DNA of 64,000 nt from Mobula hypostoma. Its lineage: Eukaryota. The DNA lies in the NCBI RefSeq assembly GCF_963921235.1, contig NC_086108.1, forward strand, positions 16,926,001-16,990,000, read 5' to 3'. The notes beneath the pieces were generated by a model, which did no database searches, was not told the origin of the DNA, and saw nothing but the letters and a program-made list of their open reading frames with translations. Below are positions 11,924 through 24,630 of this stretch, piece by piece (within the stretch, counting starts at the first letter, position 1; the number at the start of each line of letters is the position of its first letter). The position numbers and the translations under genes were made by a program.

Positions 11924-14900
11924 GAGGAACCACAGTGCTGGTCAACGGATGGCATCACTAGACTAGTTAGTTGTCACTGCGGGGCAGCTTCCTTATCCGC
12001 TCCCAAGTTTGTTACACTCCTGTGTACCACTTAGCATCAGATTTGGAAGCCCAGAGACACTGTATGGTGGGGGCACAAAACTGTCTGTCTAATCAGTTTG
12101 CAAGGCATGTTGGAGTAGAGTTTCTGGATGGTGTGGAAAGCCCTGTGGCGATGGAGGTCATGTGACAGCAGCGGGCTAGAGGAGCTGGAAGCTGCTAGCA
12201 TGAATTCTGCATGTAGGCGGCTCACATAAGATGGTCGCTACCTTGTTGAGTTTTCTGAGCAACAACAGGGTTGAGGCAGCTACCTGAGTGTCCCGGCAGC
12301 CCTTTATAGGGATAGCACTGCCTGCCCTGGAAGGGGAAGCCCTAGAAAAGGTGGGGTAAAGAAAGCTTGTTCAGATTTCACCTGGCTGGCTGACCGCGGC
12401 CAGTGGGTCTTCACCACTGCAGTAAGAAGTTTAAGAAGATGAAACTGGTTGTTGCCACATGGAATGTGCAAACAATGCTGGATAACGACTCAAGACTGGA
12501 AAGGAGAACTGCTTTGATAGCTAAGGAATTGGCAAGATACAAAATTGATACTGCTGTGGTCCGAGAGACAAGGATTGAAGGACAAGGCCAGATTCAAGAA
12601 AATACTCATACTTTCTTTTGGATTGGGAAAACCAACGAAAGGAGTGATGCAGGTGTGGCCTTTCCAACAAGATTGCTAGCAAATTGCCAACATTTTCGAT
12701 AGGGATATCTGAAAGGATCATGCGACTACGTGTTCCCATCGGAAAGGATCATTTCCTGAGTTTGATCAATGTGTATGCACCAACCACGGCATATTCTGAC
12801 GAAGACAAGGAGTCCTTCTGTCAGGAACTGGCTGAAGTAACTGATAATGTCCCTAGGGCAGACAAGTTGCTCATCTTGGGAGATTTCAATGCCAGGGTAG
12901 GCAAGGATCACAGTACCTAGGAAGGTGTCATTGGCAAATTTGGTAAAGGCAAAAAGAACACCAATGGTAACCTCATGCTAAACTTTTGCACTCAGAGGGA
13001 ATTGTGTGTTACCAATACTTCCTTTTGTCAACCCGAGAAGAACTACCTCACCTGGATGCACCCAAGGTCAAAGCATCTCCATTTGCTTGACTACATTGTG
13101 ACTCACAGAGCAGATATGCCAGAGGTTCTATCGACAAAAGCAATGTGTGGAGCAGAGTGCTCATCTGATCATTACATGGTATGATCACAACTTAAACTTA
13201 AACTGCTGCTGCCAAGGTGAAAAACACCCAGTGAAGCACCCAAGAAATTGGATGTCAACAAGTTGGCCAGTGAGGAACATCAGAGACTTGTCACAGCATT
13301 GACATTATCTTTCCAAGAAGACAAAAACCCTCTCAATGATCCAACCAATACTGAAGAATGCTGGAAGCAGCTCAAGAAAACCATCCATTCAACTGCAAGT
13401 GTGGTGCTTGGCCACCCAAAGAGAAAAACTCCTGACTGGTTTCAAGAACAAAATGATTCAATTCAAGAACTTTTGGAGATGAAACAAAGACTTTAGATGT
13501 GTCACTTGAAAGAGAACTCTGAAAGAAGCAAAGCAGCATTTAAGGCCGTGAAAACCAAAGTTCAAAGGGAGATCAGGGATATGAAGAACAACTGGTGGAA
13601 TAAGAAAGTGGAAGAACTGCAGGCAATGTCAGACAGGAATGACTACCATGGGCTCTTCTCAGGACTGAAAGCTATCTATGGTCCAAGAAGCAATACAGTG
13701 GCCCCAGTAAAGACTGCAGATAGGAGCAAGCTATGCACTGACAGGAAAGACATCACTGAGCAATAGAGGGAACACTTTTGTAACCTTCTGAACCAACAAG
13801 GTGCGGCTGACCGCAATGTATGTGAAAGGCTCACAACTAGACTGGTAAGAGAAGAGCTATGTGGACTCATCACTATGACAAAACTTAATTAGGCTTTAAA
13901 AGATACCAGAAGTGGTAAAGCACCTGGGCAAGACAACATTCCATCAGATGTACTGAAGCAAGGTGGTCCTGCCCTGAAGACTGAACTGTTGAACTTACAT
14001 AATGCTTGTTGGCAGAGTCAATGTCTCCCTCAGGACTTCAAAGATGCATTGATAGTCACCATCTCCAAGAAGAAAGGCAACCATAGTGTTTGTGGAAACC
14101 ACTGAGGAGTCTCCCTTCTGTCCAAAGCTGGCAAGATTATGGTGAAGATACTGCTTAACTGGCTCAAGATCATCTCAGAAGATGTGCTTCCTGAAAGCCA
14201 ACGTGGCTTTAGGAGCTGGAAGAGCAACCACTGACATGATTTTTCCTTTGAGGCAACTCCAGGGGAAGGCAGCAGAACAGCAGCAACCATTGTACATTGT
14301 CTTTGTTGATTTCTCACAAGCATTTGATACAGTGGACAGAGAAACACTCTGGAAAGTGCTCAAAACTTATGGCTGTCCAGATAGGCTGGCTACGATGATC
14401 AAGTTGTTTCATGAGAACATGTCCGGCAAAGTATCTATCGGAGGAGACATCAGCGAAGCCTTCACCATCAACCACGGGGTAAAACAGGGATGCGTTCTTG
14501 CTCCAACTTTGTTCACAGTGTATCTTGCTGCAGTTTTGGAAATAATGGACCATAATTTGGACAAAGGTGTGTACATCAGGACTTGCTCAGATGGAAAATT
14601 GTTCAACCTGTCAAGACTCAAAGCCTCAAAGCCTCAACCAAATCAAGAGAGAGAGATATGTGTCAGAGAGCTTCTGTATGCAGATGACTCATCCCTGGTT
14701 GCTACTGATGTTAATGTGATTCAAGAAATTGTAGACCGTTTCTTGTTTGCTGCCACTCTTTTTGGCCTAAGAATCCATGTCTCCAAATCCAAACTTCTGT
14801 ACCAGCCTCCTTCTCTGTGTAGTCCCAGTGAGACCCAACCACCAGTCATTTCAGTCAATGGGGTAGCGCTGAAATGTTCTGACTCTTTCACATACTTAAG

Positions 14901-15643
14901 AAGCACTGTGACCAACACTAACTCATCAGATCTGGAAGTTGAGAGGAGAATTCAATCAGCTACAAAAGTCTTTGGTGCTTTGCAGAAGCAACTTTGGTCT
15001 CATCACGACATTAAAATGGCAACCAAGGTCAAAGTGTATAACACACAGCTGTTTTACCATCTCTGCTTTATTCAACTGAAACGATGACATTGTATCGGAA
15101 GCACATCAAGAAATTGACCAAGGCACAATACAGGCATTTACGCCAAATATTACACATCAAGTGGCAAGAGAGAGTACCAGATGTGGAGGTGCTCAAACAT
15201 GCTGGGACAGTCAGCGTAGAATTGCTCATTACAGCTTTTCAGCTGCGTTGAACTGGTCATGTCACAAGAATGAGTGATGATCATTTACCCAAAGCTGTTT
15301 TCCCTGGCGAGCTACACAAAGGAAAGAGGAAGCATGGTGGTCAGAAGCTGCGCTACAAAGATGTGCTCAAGCGCCATATGAAGAACACTGACATGAATGT
15401 CAACACCTGGGAGAAAGATGCTTTGGACAGAAGTTGGCATTGCATTGTCAAGAAGTCAATCCCAGCTTTCAAGGAGAAAAGGCAGAAGAAATATGAAGCA
15501 GGTCATGAACGCAGACATTCGGTGCTAGACCAGTCAAATCACAAATGCAACCGATGTGGGAGTCTTGTGGCCCATAAATGTGCCTGCAGAGACTAAACTC
15601 TCAGCACAGTCAACATTGAAATCGATGGACAGCTGAAGAAGAA
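11924..15643 (+). mobile_element. Full-length RTE LINE (decayed ORF)
   Basis: VATWNVQTMLD..ERRTALIAKEL, LGDFNARVG, FVDFSQAFDTV, GVKQGCVLAPTLF, LLYADD; (GAA)n tail; 9-bp TSD ATAAATGCA (11915-11923 / 15644-15652). Confidence 0.95.
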
Positions 15644-15941
15644 ATAAATGCAACTACTTTCTTATAAACCAATGGTGTACCTACTTCCAGACGTAGTCAG
15701 ATTTTTTGAAAGGTTAAGTTTCGTTGACATTCTAAAGGGTAAGGATAAAAAACTAAATTGATGTGGATAGGCCTCTGTGATATTTCAATGCTCCATCTAT
15801 TAAGATCTTGCCCTAAAAATTTCCAGAACTAGGAGCTAATAGATTCTAAATTGCTTCTCAGAATACCTCAGAGAAAAAGAGTGTCAGAGTTGGAAGTCTG
15901 ATAGGTCAAAAGCAGAAAATTTTAACCTGAGCCATTAGTTA

Positions 15942-17541
15942 CAGTGGCATGCAAAAGTTTGGGCACCCTGGTCAAAATTTCTGTTTTTATGAATAGCTAA
16001 GTGAGTAAAAGATGAACTGAAGGCATAAAGTTAAAGATGACACATTTCTTTAATATTTTAGGCAAGATTACTTTTTTATTTCCATCTTTTACAGTTTCAA
16101 AATAACAAAAAAAAATGAAAAGGGCCGAAAGCAAAAGTTTAGGCACCCTGCGTGGTTGGTACTTAGTAACACCCCCTTTGGCAAGTATCACAGCTTGTAA
16201 ACGCTTTCTGTAGCCAGCTAAGAGTCTTTCAATTCTTGTTTGGGGGATTTTCACCAGTCTTCCTTGCAAAAGGCTTCTAGTTCCGTGAGATTCTTGGGCC
16301 GTCTTGCATGCACTGCTCTTTTGAGGTCTATCCACATTTTTCGATGATGTTTAGGTCGTGAGACTGTGAGGGCCATGGCAGAGCCTTCAGCTTACCCCTC
16401 TTGAGGTAGTCCATTATGAGGTAGTCCATTATATTTTGAGGTGTGTTTAGGATCATTATCCTATTGTAGAAGCCATCCTCTTTTCATCTTCAGCTTTTTT
16501 ACAGGCAGTGTGATGTTTGCTTCCAGAATTTGCTGGTATTTAATTGAATTCATTCTTCCCTCTACCAGTGAAATGTTCCCAATGGCTGCAACACAAGCCC
16601 AAAGCATGAACGATCCACCCCCATGCTTAACCGTTGGAGAGCTGTTCTTTTCATGAAATTCTGCACCCTTTTTTCTCCAAACATACCTTTGCTCACTGCA
16701 GCCAAAAAATTCTATTTTAGCTTCATCAGTCCACAGGACTTGTTTCCAAAATGCATCAGGCTTGTTTAGATGTTCCTTTGCAAACTTCTGACGTTGATTT
16801 TTCTTCTGATGACTCTTCCATGAAGGTCATATTTGTGCAGGTTTCGCTGCACAGTAGAACAGTGCACCAGCACTCCAGGGTCTACTAAATCTTCCTGAAG
16901 GTCTTTTGCAGTCAAACGGGGGTTCTGATTTACCTTTCTAGCAATCCTACGAGCAGTTCTCTCGGAAAGTTTCTTGGTCTTCCAGACCTCAACTTCACCT
17001 CCACCGTTCCTGTTAACAGCCATTTCTTAATTACATTATGAACTGAGGCAACAGCTACCTGAAAACACTTTGCTGTCTTCTTATAGCCTTCTCCTGCTTT
17101 GTGGGCATCATTTATTTTAATTTTCAGAGTGTGAGGCAGCTGCTTAGAGGAGCCACTGGCTGCTAATTGTTGGGACAAGGTTTGAGGAGCTACAGTATTT
17201 ATAAAGCTTTGAAATTTGCATCACCTGGCCTTTCCTAGTGATGACTGTGAACAAGCCATAGTCCTAACAAGCTAATTAAGGTCTGAGACCTTGGTAAAAG
17301 TTATCTGAGAGCTCAAATCTCCTGGCGTCTCAAACTTCTGCATGGTGCTCTTCCTTTTTTTTTCCCCACTCTAAAACTGTACAAAACAAAAATAATACAC
17401 TAATCTTGCTTAAAATGTTGAAAAGAATGTTTCATGTTTTAAACTTTATGACTTTTGGAGATCAGTTCATCTTCTACTCACTTAACTATTCACATTAACA
17501 GAAATTTTGACCAGGGGTGCTCAAACTTATGTATGCCCCTG
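15942..17541 (-). mobile_element. Tc1-like DNA transposon (IR/DR type), inactivated transposase
   Basis: TIRs CAGTGGCATGCAAAAGTTTGGGCACCC / GGGTGCTCAAACTTATGTATGCCCCTG, TA flanks, internal DR at ~16131; GEGYKKTAK, RSGRPR, NPRLTAKDLQ and GGVTKY fragments. Confidence 0.94.
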
Positions 17542-17949
17542 TACATAGTTTAACACTGAACAAGGTAGCACAAAGCAAACATAAATATAGAAGAGGTAGG
17601 AGATCCGCATCAAAATACTTGTTCAATCTTCATAGTTGCACAAGTAGTAAATATTTCCCAAGCATTTTTCCAGACAACTTATGTGAACAAAATGAGATTT
17701 ACAACACAGTTCTTTTTTTTTAAATCCTTGTATGTCTCAAGGTAGTGGCATCCATCATCGAGAACCCTAACTATCAGGGACTTGCCTGCTTCTTGTTCCT
17801 GTCACCAGAGTGGTGGTACAGGAGTCTGAAGACCCATAGTCCACAATTCAGAATCAACTTCTTTCCTCCCACTATAAGATTTCTGAATGGTCCCTTTTTT
17901 TGCACTATATATTTGGCTTGCTGCCGTAGGACATCAAATTTCACGTTAT

Positions 17950-18155
17950 AGCACACTCAAAATGCTGGAGAAACTCAGTATGTCAGGCATCATCTATGGA
18001 AAAGAATAGAGAGTTGACGTTGCAGGCCAAGAACCTTATCAAGGTACCAAAACCTTGATATTCTTTCCTACTAATGTTGCCTGATGTGCTGAGTTCCTCC
18101 AGCATTTTGTATGTGTTACTCTGAATTTCCAGCATCTGCAGAATCTCTTGTATTT
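17950..18155. repeat. Penelope-terminus inverted repeat inserted in a Rex1 tail fragment
   Basis: AATGCTGGAGAAACTCAG.. / ..GCTGAGTTCCTCCAGCATTT arms; imperfect flanking duplication AAATTTCACGTTATA / AAACTTCATGTTATA. Confidence 0.7.
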
Positions 18156-20840
18156 AAAACTTCATGTTATATAGAATACTGATAACAAACCTGATTCTGA
18201 ACCACAGAAACTCTGTTGATGTAACTTATAGTAACTGAAACAGCCTGACTCAGGAATCAGTCACGCATTTTGCAGGCACGTGAATTATTGCGAAAGACGG
18301 CAGGAATACAGTTAGTGACCATGTGAACACACTGGCAGCATATTTTCAAGTCTCCATGGAAAATTTATTATTCCTTCCTCCTCCATTTCTTATATCATAG
18401 TATATATTTCCTTACTATTCAAGTGGACAACTCCTTCCAACTTGCAACATGTATTTAAAACTAATAAAATTGCAATAACCATTTTACAGTATTTAAAGAC
18501 ATAAAGTACTTCTGTTAAATATCCTCTCCATTAAAAATAGATGAACTTTGAGGAAGCTTCTGAAGGAGAGAGAAAAGGCAGCAAACTTGATTGAAGAGTA
18601 TTACAAACTGCAGCACTAAGATCCTTTGATTTCACTGCGGTTGAGAATCACAACTACATCTAAGGTCTGTACAGTTAGTAACATCATATTAATGCAATTA
18701 AACTATCTATTGCTACTCAAAATCAACAGAACTGGAACAGTCTCCTCTGGTCGCTGGTGCACTTCCCCTTTAAGACGGCAGAAGAGAGGATGTCGAGCTG
18801 GGCTAAAAGTTCACTTAAGAAAAAGTGGCTTTCAACTCTCAATATGGACCACCTTGCTGGCAAATGTACCATCTCTGGTAAATAAAATTGAAGATCTCAG
18901 AGCTAAGGTGCTGTATCAGGAGGATATTAGGACCACTTGTGTCCTGTTTCATGGAAGCAATTCCGATTGACGGGTTAACGATACACCATTGAGACAGAAC
19001 TACTGAGTCTTTCAAGGGCAAGGGAGGAAGAATGTGCTTCATGATCAACTCCTCATAGTGTACAAACATGGTGATGCTGTCCCTGTCCTGTTCACCAGAC
19101 CTTGAACACCTCGCAATCGGGTGCTGTCCATTTTACCTGACATGGGAGATTTCAGCAAATATTTTAGTAGCGATGCACATCCCACCACAGGCCAATGTCA
19201 AGCAGGCTCTAGATGAACTGAGCAATATGGTCAACAGGCATGAAACAGCACATCTTGTCTGATGCCTTCCCTGTCATTTTGGGAGATTTTAACCAGGCCA
19301 GTTTAAAAAAATCTCTAAATAATTACTACCAGCTTGAAGTGTTAGAGGAACCAACACACTGTTACACGACCATCAAGAGTGCTTACTGTGCCATCCCATT
19401 TTGGAAAGTCTGATCACCTGGTTGTACTTCTACTCAGAGTATAGGCAAAGACTGAAGACCACAGCACCAGTATTGAGGACCAAGAATATAAGGACACAGA
19501 AGCACATGAGCAATTACACGACTGCTTTGAATTGGTGGATTGGACGGTATTCAGGGATTCATCTTTAAGTCTGAATGAGTACACCACAGCTGTCATTAAC
19601 TTCATTAAAACCTGTGTGGATGAGTGTGTGCCTACGAAACCTTACTGTACATATCCAAATCAAAAACCACAGCTGAACCAAGAGGTTCATAGTCTGCTGA
19701 GGGCTAGAGCTCAGGCATTCAAGTCTAGCCATCCAGGTATGACTTGCGGAGGGCAATTTCAAGAGGTAAGGAACAACTCCAAGTGAGGTTGGATGCGGAA
19801 TCGGATGCACGATAACTCTGGCAGGGTTTGCAGGATATTACTTCATACAAAGCAAAACCCAACATCATGAATGGCAGTGATGCTTCACTCCCCCATGAGT
19901 TCAACACCTTCTAATGCTCGCTTTGAAGGGAGAATAAAATCACAGCTATGAGGATCCCTGCAGCAAATGGTGACCCTGTAATCTCTGTCTTGGAGGCTGA
20001 CATCAGGCTGTCATTCAAGACAGTGAACCCTTGCAAGGCAACAGGCTCAATGGAGTACTTGGTAAGGCTCTGAAAAACTGTGCCAACCAGATGGCGGGGG
20101 TGTGCAAATACATTTTCAATTTCTTACTGCTATAATCGGAAGCTCTCACCTGCTTCCTAAGGGCAACAATTATACCAGTGCCCAAGAAGAGCAGGGTGTG
20201 CTGCCTTAATGTTCAGTAGCACTCATATCTACAGTGATGAAGTGCTTTGAGAGGTTGGTTATGGCTATAATCAACTCCTGTCTCAGTAAGGACCTGGACC
20301 CACTGCAATTTGTCTATTGCCACAATAGGTTTATGGCGGACGTGATTTCACTGGCACAGTACAAATATGTCAGAATGCTGTTTATTGACTACAGCTCAGT
20401 GCTTAACACCATCATTCCTCTATTTCTGATAGGAAAGCCTGGGGCTCTGTACTTGCCTCTGTAATTTCATTGGAAATAACCTCCACCTCACTGACCATCA
20501 ACACTGATGCACCTCAGGATGTGTGCTTAGCCCAATGCTCGACTCTCCCTACACCCATTGTTAGCAGAATCCCAGATGGTGATGAGAAAGCATACAGGAA
20601 TGAGATACGCTGGCTAGTTGAGCGGTGTTGCAGCAACAACCTTGCACTCGATGTCAGAATGACAAAAGAATTGATTGTGGACTTCAGAAAGTAACTCAAG
20701 GGAGCATACACCAGTCTTCATCGAGGAATCAGAAGTGAAAAGGTGAGCAATTTCATATTTCTGGGTGTCAATATCTCGGAGGATCTAACCTGAACCTAAA
20801 ATATTGATGCAACTACACAGAAGGCAAGACTGTGGCTATA

Positions 20841-22440
20841 CAGGTTTCCCCCGCCATCCGAAGGTAAGAGCGTTCCTATGAAACAGTTCATAAGCCGGAA
20901 TGTCGTAAAGCGAAGAAGCAATTACCATTTATTTATATGGGAAAAATTTGTGAGCATTCGCAGACCCGAAAATAACCTACCAAATCATGCCAAATAACAC
21001 ATAAAACCTAAAATAACAGTAACATATAGTAAAAGCAGGAATGATATGATGAATACACAGCCTATATAAAGTAGAGATACTTTTCCACAATAATTGCCTG
21101 CACTGTTCTCCGTAGCGAAAACCTCACGCAAGCGCTCTTGGCAAAAACACGGCTCAAGCGCTCTCCAGTAATCTTTAAGCTATGAAGCTACCAAATCATA
21201 CCAAATAACATGTAAAAATACACAGCTGATATAAAGTAGAAATAATGCATGTATAGTGTAGTATCACTTACGGGAATCGGGACAGCGCCGAGCACACTGA
21301 TGATGGTGTGTTAGGCTGAGTCGTCAGAGGCTGGGGTGGTGCAATGGCCCCCACCCTCCGGGCAACCGACCAATACTGATCCGCGAAGCATGCAGCGGTC
21401 CAGCGGTGCCCGGGACGCACCCAACACATCTTTAAGAAAAAAGCCGAAATACACAAGCTAATTAATTAGGTGCTGCCCGGCACGTAAATGTCGGCCCAGA
21501 TCAGAGGCGACGCAATCGGCAATCATCTCTGATCTTGGCCGACATTTACATGCCGGGCGGCACCTAATTAATTAGCTTGCTTATTTCGGCTTTTTTCCTT
21601 AAAGATGTGCTGGGTGCCTCCCGACTACCGCTGCATTCTCCACAGATCGGTATCCGTCCACGGCCTGGGGTTTGGGGTGGTGGGACACTGGGGTGTCATC
21701 TCATCGTCTGTTTCCATGAGGGTAGGCAGGTCATCTTCTACGTCTGCCTGCCTCGATGTCGAAGGTCGAGGTTCGTCATCTGCTGAAGGCTTGCTTGACT
21801 GCTTAGCCTCGTGCATTCTTAGATCATATAGTTCTTTGTAAGCACTCAAACCATCCTGCAAATATGCCCTAAATCAACGTACCCTTTCAAAATTAAAGTC
21901 GTACTTTATCATTGCAGCGAAAATCTCACGTAGTTGCCTCACGTTCAGTTCCTGGACGACTTCACTTTCGGTCTGTTCGCTACTGCATTTGGTTTTGATT
22001 GTTATCCTTTCCTCTTACAATTGCATCAGCTCTTCATCTATCAGTTCTTGTTCATGGGATGCTAAAACCTCTTCAACATCATCTTCGTCAACTTCCAAAA
22101 GCCAAACTCACTTTGTCCTTACTTCGTTCACCACGATTGAAACACTTAATTATATCTAGTTTTACGCTAAGTGTAACACCCTTACGAGCTCTTTCAGGCT
22201 TTGCCAATACCTTAGAACTCATCTTGCAAATGGCTGCTCACAGGCACGTGTTTAAGCAATGCCGGTCAGAATGCTGTTCCGAATCCGGGGGTAGAGTGGC
22301 TGCTCGGGGCGCGCGTTGCTTTTTATCGCGCACTGCCTTTTTTTCGTAACAGTGAAAACACCTTCTATTAGTGAAAACAGGTAACTAATGTAGGTTTTTC
22401 GTAACAGTGAGGTTTTGTAAAGCGAACGTTTGAAAAGCTG
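20841..22440 (-). mobile_element. Internally deleted Tigger/pogo DNA transposon
   Basis: Starts CAGGTTTCCCCCG, TA flanks. Minus-strand MSSKVLAKPERARKGVTLSVKLDIIKCF (ATG 22222) is fused to a TIGD-like C-terminus (ELIDEELMQL..AYKELY..AKQSS). The right TIR is damaged. Confidence 0.87.
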
Positions 22441-22988
22441 TATTTCATTTGGAGTCTGAGGAGATTTGGAATGTCACCATAAACACTCACAAATTTCGAC
22501 AGATGTACCATGGAGAGCACTCTAACTGGCTGCATCACTGTCTGGTATGGGGGGGAGGTACTACTGCACAGGACTGAAGTAAGCTGTAGAGAGTTGTAAA
22601 ATTAGTCAGCTCTAACATGGGCACTAGCCTCCACAGTATCCAGGACATCTCCAGGGAGGAGTGCAGCAGAAAGGTGGCATTCATCATTAAGGACCCCCAC
22701 AACCCAGGACATGCCATCTTCTCATTGTTACCATCAGGGGGGAGATACATAAGCTTGAAGGCACATACTCAACAATTCAGAAACAGCTTATCCCCCTCTG
22801 CCATCCAATTTCTGAATGGACATTGTACCCATGAACACTAGCTCACTAATTATTTTATTTCCTAATTTTTGCAATACTTATTTAACTATTTAATGTTCCT
22901 ATTCACTGTAGTTCACAGGTTTTTTCTATTATCATGTATTTCATTGCACTGCTGCCGCAAAGTTAACAAATTTCATTACTCATGCCTG

Positions 22989-23863
22989 TGTTATGTAACC
23001 GGCAACAATGAATATTAATCGAGGCAGGTTTTATGAAAACAATCAAACATTTATTAAACACATATAAACGATAAGGGAAAAAAAACAAAGGAAAACTTTA
23101 ACCGGAGGTTAAACAGGTACACAGCCGTTCATCAACTCCACTCGGCTCTGGTTCTTAAAGCACTAAATGTGAAAACAGTTCTTAAAGCGATACAGTCAGA
23201 TATAGTTCTTAAAGCGATAACTTCGAAAGTCCAATAGTTTTACACATTCAATTGGGAGAGACTTCTCTGGAGAAAGATTTCTTCACCGACGCACCTTTAC
23301 TGTTGGTTCCGTCCACAGGATTCCCGATGCCGAAAATAAACAGTTTAAATAAACTGACCTTAAATTCCTTTAGAGAGAGAGAGAGCCTTTTTGCATGAAT
23401 TCATTGCGCTATTGCAAGAGTTATCTCAATGCAGGTTCTCTTCAACAAAGACTCAATAAGGTCAATCCTTTATTAAACTGCCAAACAATGCCGACTTCTC
23501 TCGATCCTTCACTTTGATGAATTCTTCACTCTCCCTTCAAAACTGTCGGAATTGAGTAAATTGGCACTTCTAGCCACGAATTTCCAGTCCAAATACAATA
23601 TCTTGTAAGAGAACGCACCTTCCGTTTTAAAAATGAAACTGCGTCACAAAAACAAACACGCAACAGAAACAGAGACACAACACGTTCTACCTGGAAATCT
23701 ACAAATTCAAAAACCTACTGCATCACCTGAGTCGACCCTTATATAGTCACAGGGCACATGTCATCACGTGACCTCACATCGGCGGGAAAATCACATCAGG
23801 TGACCTCCAAAAGACCATTACATCATTCTCACAAAAAAACCAGATCTCCTTGAGCCTGTAACA
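22989..23863 (-). mobile_element. Solo LTR (875 bp, probably Gypsy)
   Basis: TGTTA...TAACA termini; 4-bp TSD CCTG (22985-22988 / 23864-23867); TATATAA (~23740) and AATAAA (~23050) on the minus strand. Confidence 0.88.
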
Positions 23864-24547
23864 CCTGTGATATTAAACCTGATTCTGATTCTGAAGGTAG
23901 ACTATGGATGAGTAGGGTAACTTAAAGGTGGCAAGAGTAGAAGAAAGCAGAACGCAGAAAGGAGCCAAGTTACACAGTTACAGAAGGGATGACAAGAAAC
24001 TTCGAATGAAGGCAAGGACCTTGATATTAATGTGCTCAGAAAGAGGTGATAAAGATCTTAGTTCGTCATAGAATGTAGCCTTTGGAAGAACACTGATTTG
24101 TCAGGTGCAAAAACTGGATGAAATTCTGAAAGAACCATGGAGATTAAGTAAAAAGTGAGACTACTAGATTGGCTACAATTGGTAAAATCTGAAGGATATG
24201 CCAATCATGAGAAGGTACACAAGAATTATGCCAATTACCTCTGCAATTTTCCCTCTGTTTTGTGGGGTATCTACACTCTGCACCAGTCCCTTTCTCAGCT
24301 TGAGGGGCAGGCTCAGGGCTAGATTACTTGTGGACGAGAAAGTTTGAATGCAGTTAATTCATAAATTTATTCTTTAAAAATATATGCATGATGTTGTACC
24401 CTAGCAAAGGGAGAAAATTGACCAGTCAGTTCATGGTCATTGGGAAGCTTTGGAAGCAATGGCTGTACAGCACCAAGCCTTAGCATGTACGTCACAACAT
24501 CCTTGCACTAAACTGCAAGATTAATTCAGAAAACTTACTTAAATATA

Positions 24548-24630
24548 CAGGTTGAGTACTCCTTATCTGAAATGCTTGGGGCCAAAACTGTATTAGATTT
24601 CGGATCTTTTAGGATATTGAAATATTTAGA
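24548..24630 (+). repeat. Tigger4/MER46-like terminal fragment
   Basis: TA|CAGGTTGAGTACTCCTTATCTGAAATGCTTGGGGCCA..GATTTTCGGAT resembles that family's terminus. Confidence 0.65.

Larger units (their letters stand above)
18600..23895 (+). mobile_element. Near full-length decayed Rex1/Babar LINE carrying nested Tigger and solo LTR
   Basis: [38 protein letters not shown] motifs. The GATTCTGATTCTGA tail resumes after the LTR at 23864. Confidence 0.88.

Noticed and set aside
203..15596. RT/endonuclease ORFs as active genes
   Set aside because: All are split by stops and frameshifts; no intact autonomous element was seen in the window.
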